From positions 175,770,001-175,834,000 of the forward strand of contig OZ024741.1 in the NCBI GenBank assembly GCA_964016885.1: 64,000 bases of DNA, given 5' to 3'. A model generated the notes under the pieces. It ran no database searches. It worked only from the letters and a program-made list of their open reading frames with translations, and was not told the DNA's origin. The stretch comes from Eledone cirrhosa. Taxonomy: Eukaryota. Below are positions 63,701 through 64,000 of this stretch, piece after piece; the first letter of the stretch is position 1; the number at the start of each line of letters is the position of its first letter. A program made the translations under genes and the position numbers.

Positions 63701-64000
63701 GTATGTTGCTGATATCTACACACCTCTCGGCACATACCCAAATACTACACCACAAAAATGGTTAAAGGGACAAAAACGACATATAAACGGAATTATAAAA
63801 CATATTTGTAACGGACTGGTGTAATTAACTTAGCCTAACGAATTAATTGTAGTCGCAATCACATGTCATGTTGTTTAACTACAACGATCGAAACGAATCA
63901 ACGACCGAATCTCTACGGTATTGCTTGACCTGCTAGCAATATTAAGCAAACCACATTCACATCAAGTCACACCGTCTTTAAAAAGAGAAGGACATATCGG

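Overview
AT-rich, microsatellite-saturated eukaryotic DNA, most likely an intronic or intergenic region of an octopus or other coleoid cephalopod. That assignment is inferred from the tRNA-derived SINE family and the (TA)n/(CA)n/(TATC)n load. No confident host gene is present, only one candidate exon near 63.5-63.7 kb. (1) 23.6-42.1 kb: six same-orientation insertions of Tx1-type (L1 clade) non-LTR retrotransposons from different subfamilies are stacked in one (TCTA)n/(GATA)n microsatellite. One is fully intact, one nearly intact, one decayed and three are 5'-truncated. They share 5'/3' UTR hairpins and an unrecognised conserved ORF1 C-terminal domain. (2) The flanks hold about two dozen minimal type I hammerhead-ribozyme (HHR) motifs found by eye. 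About 10 have a canonical core, 6 have a compensatory U3-A8 core and the rest are degenerate; most have a palindromic stem III. They sit on short islands inside (TA)n tracts, on ~480-560 bp partial-tandem units, and inside long inverted duplications, next to Penelope-like (GIY-YIG) remnants. Also present: a mariner remnant, a complete non-autonomous Helitron, RTE remnants, SINEs and a ~190 bp hairpin element. All RNA structures were paired manually, not computed.
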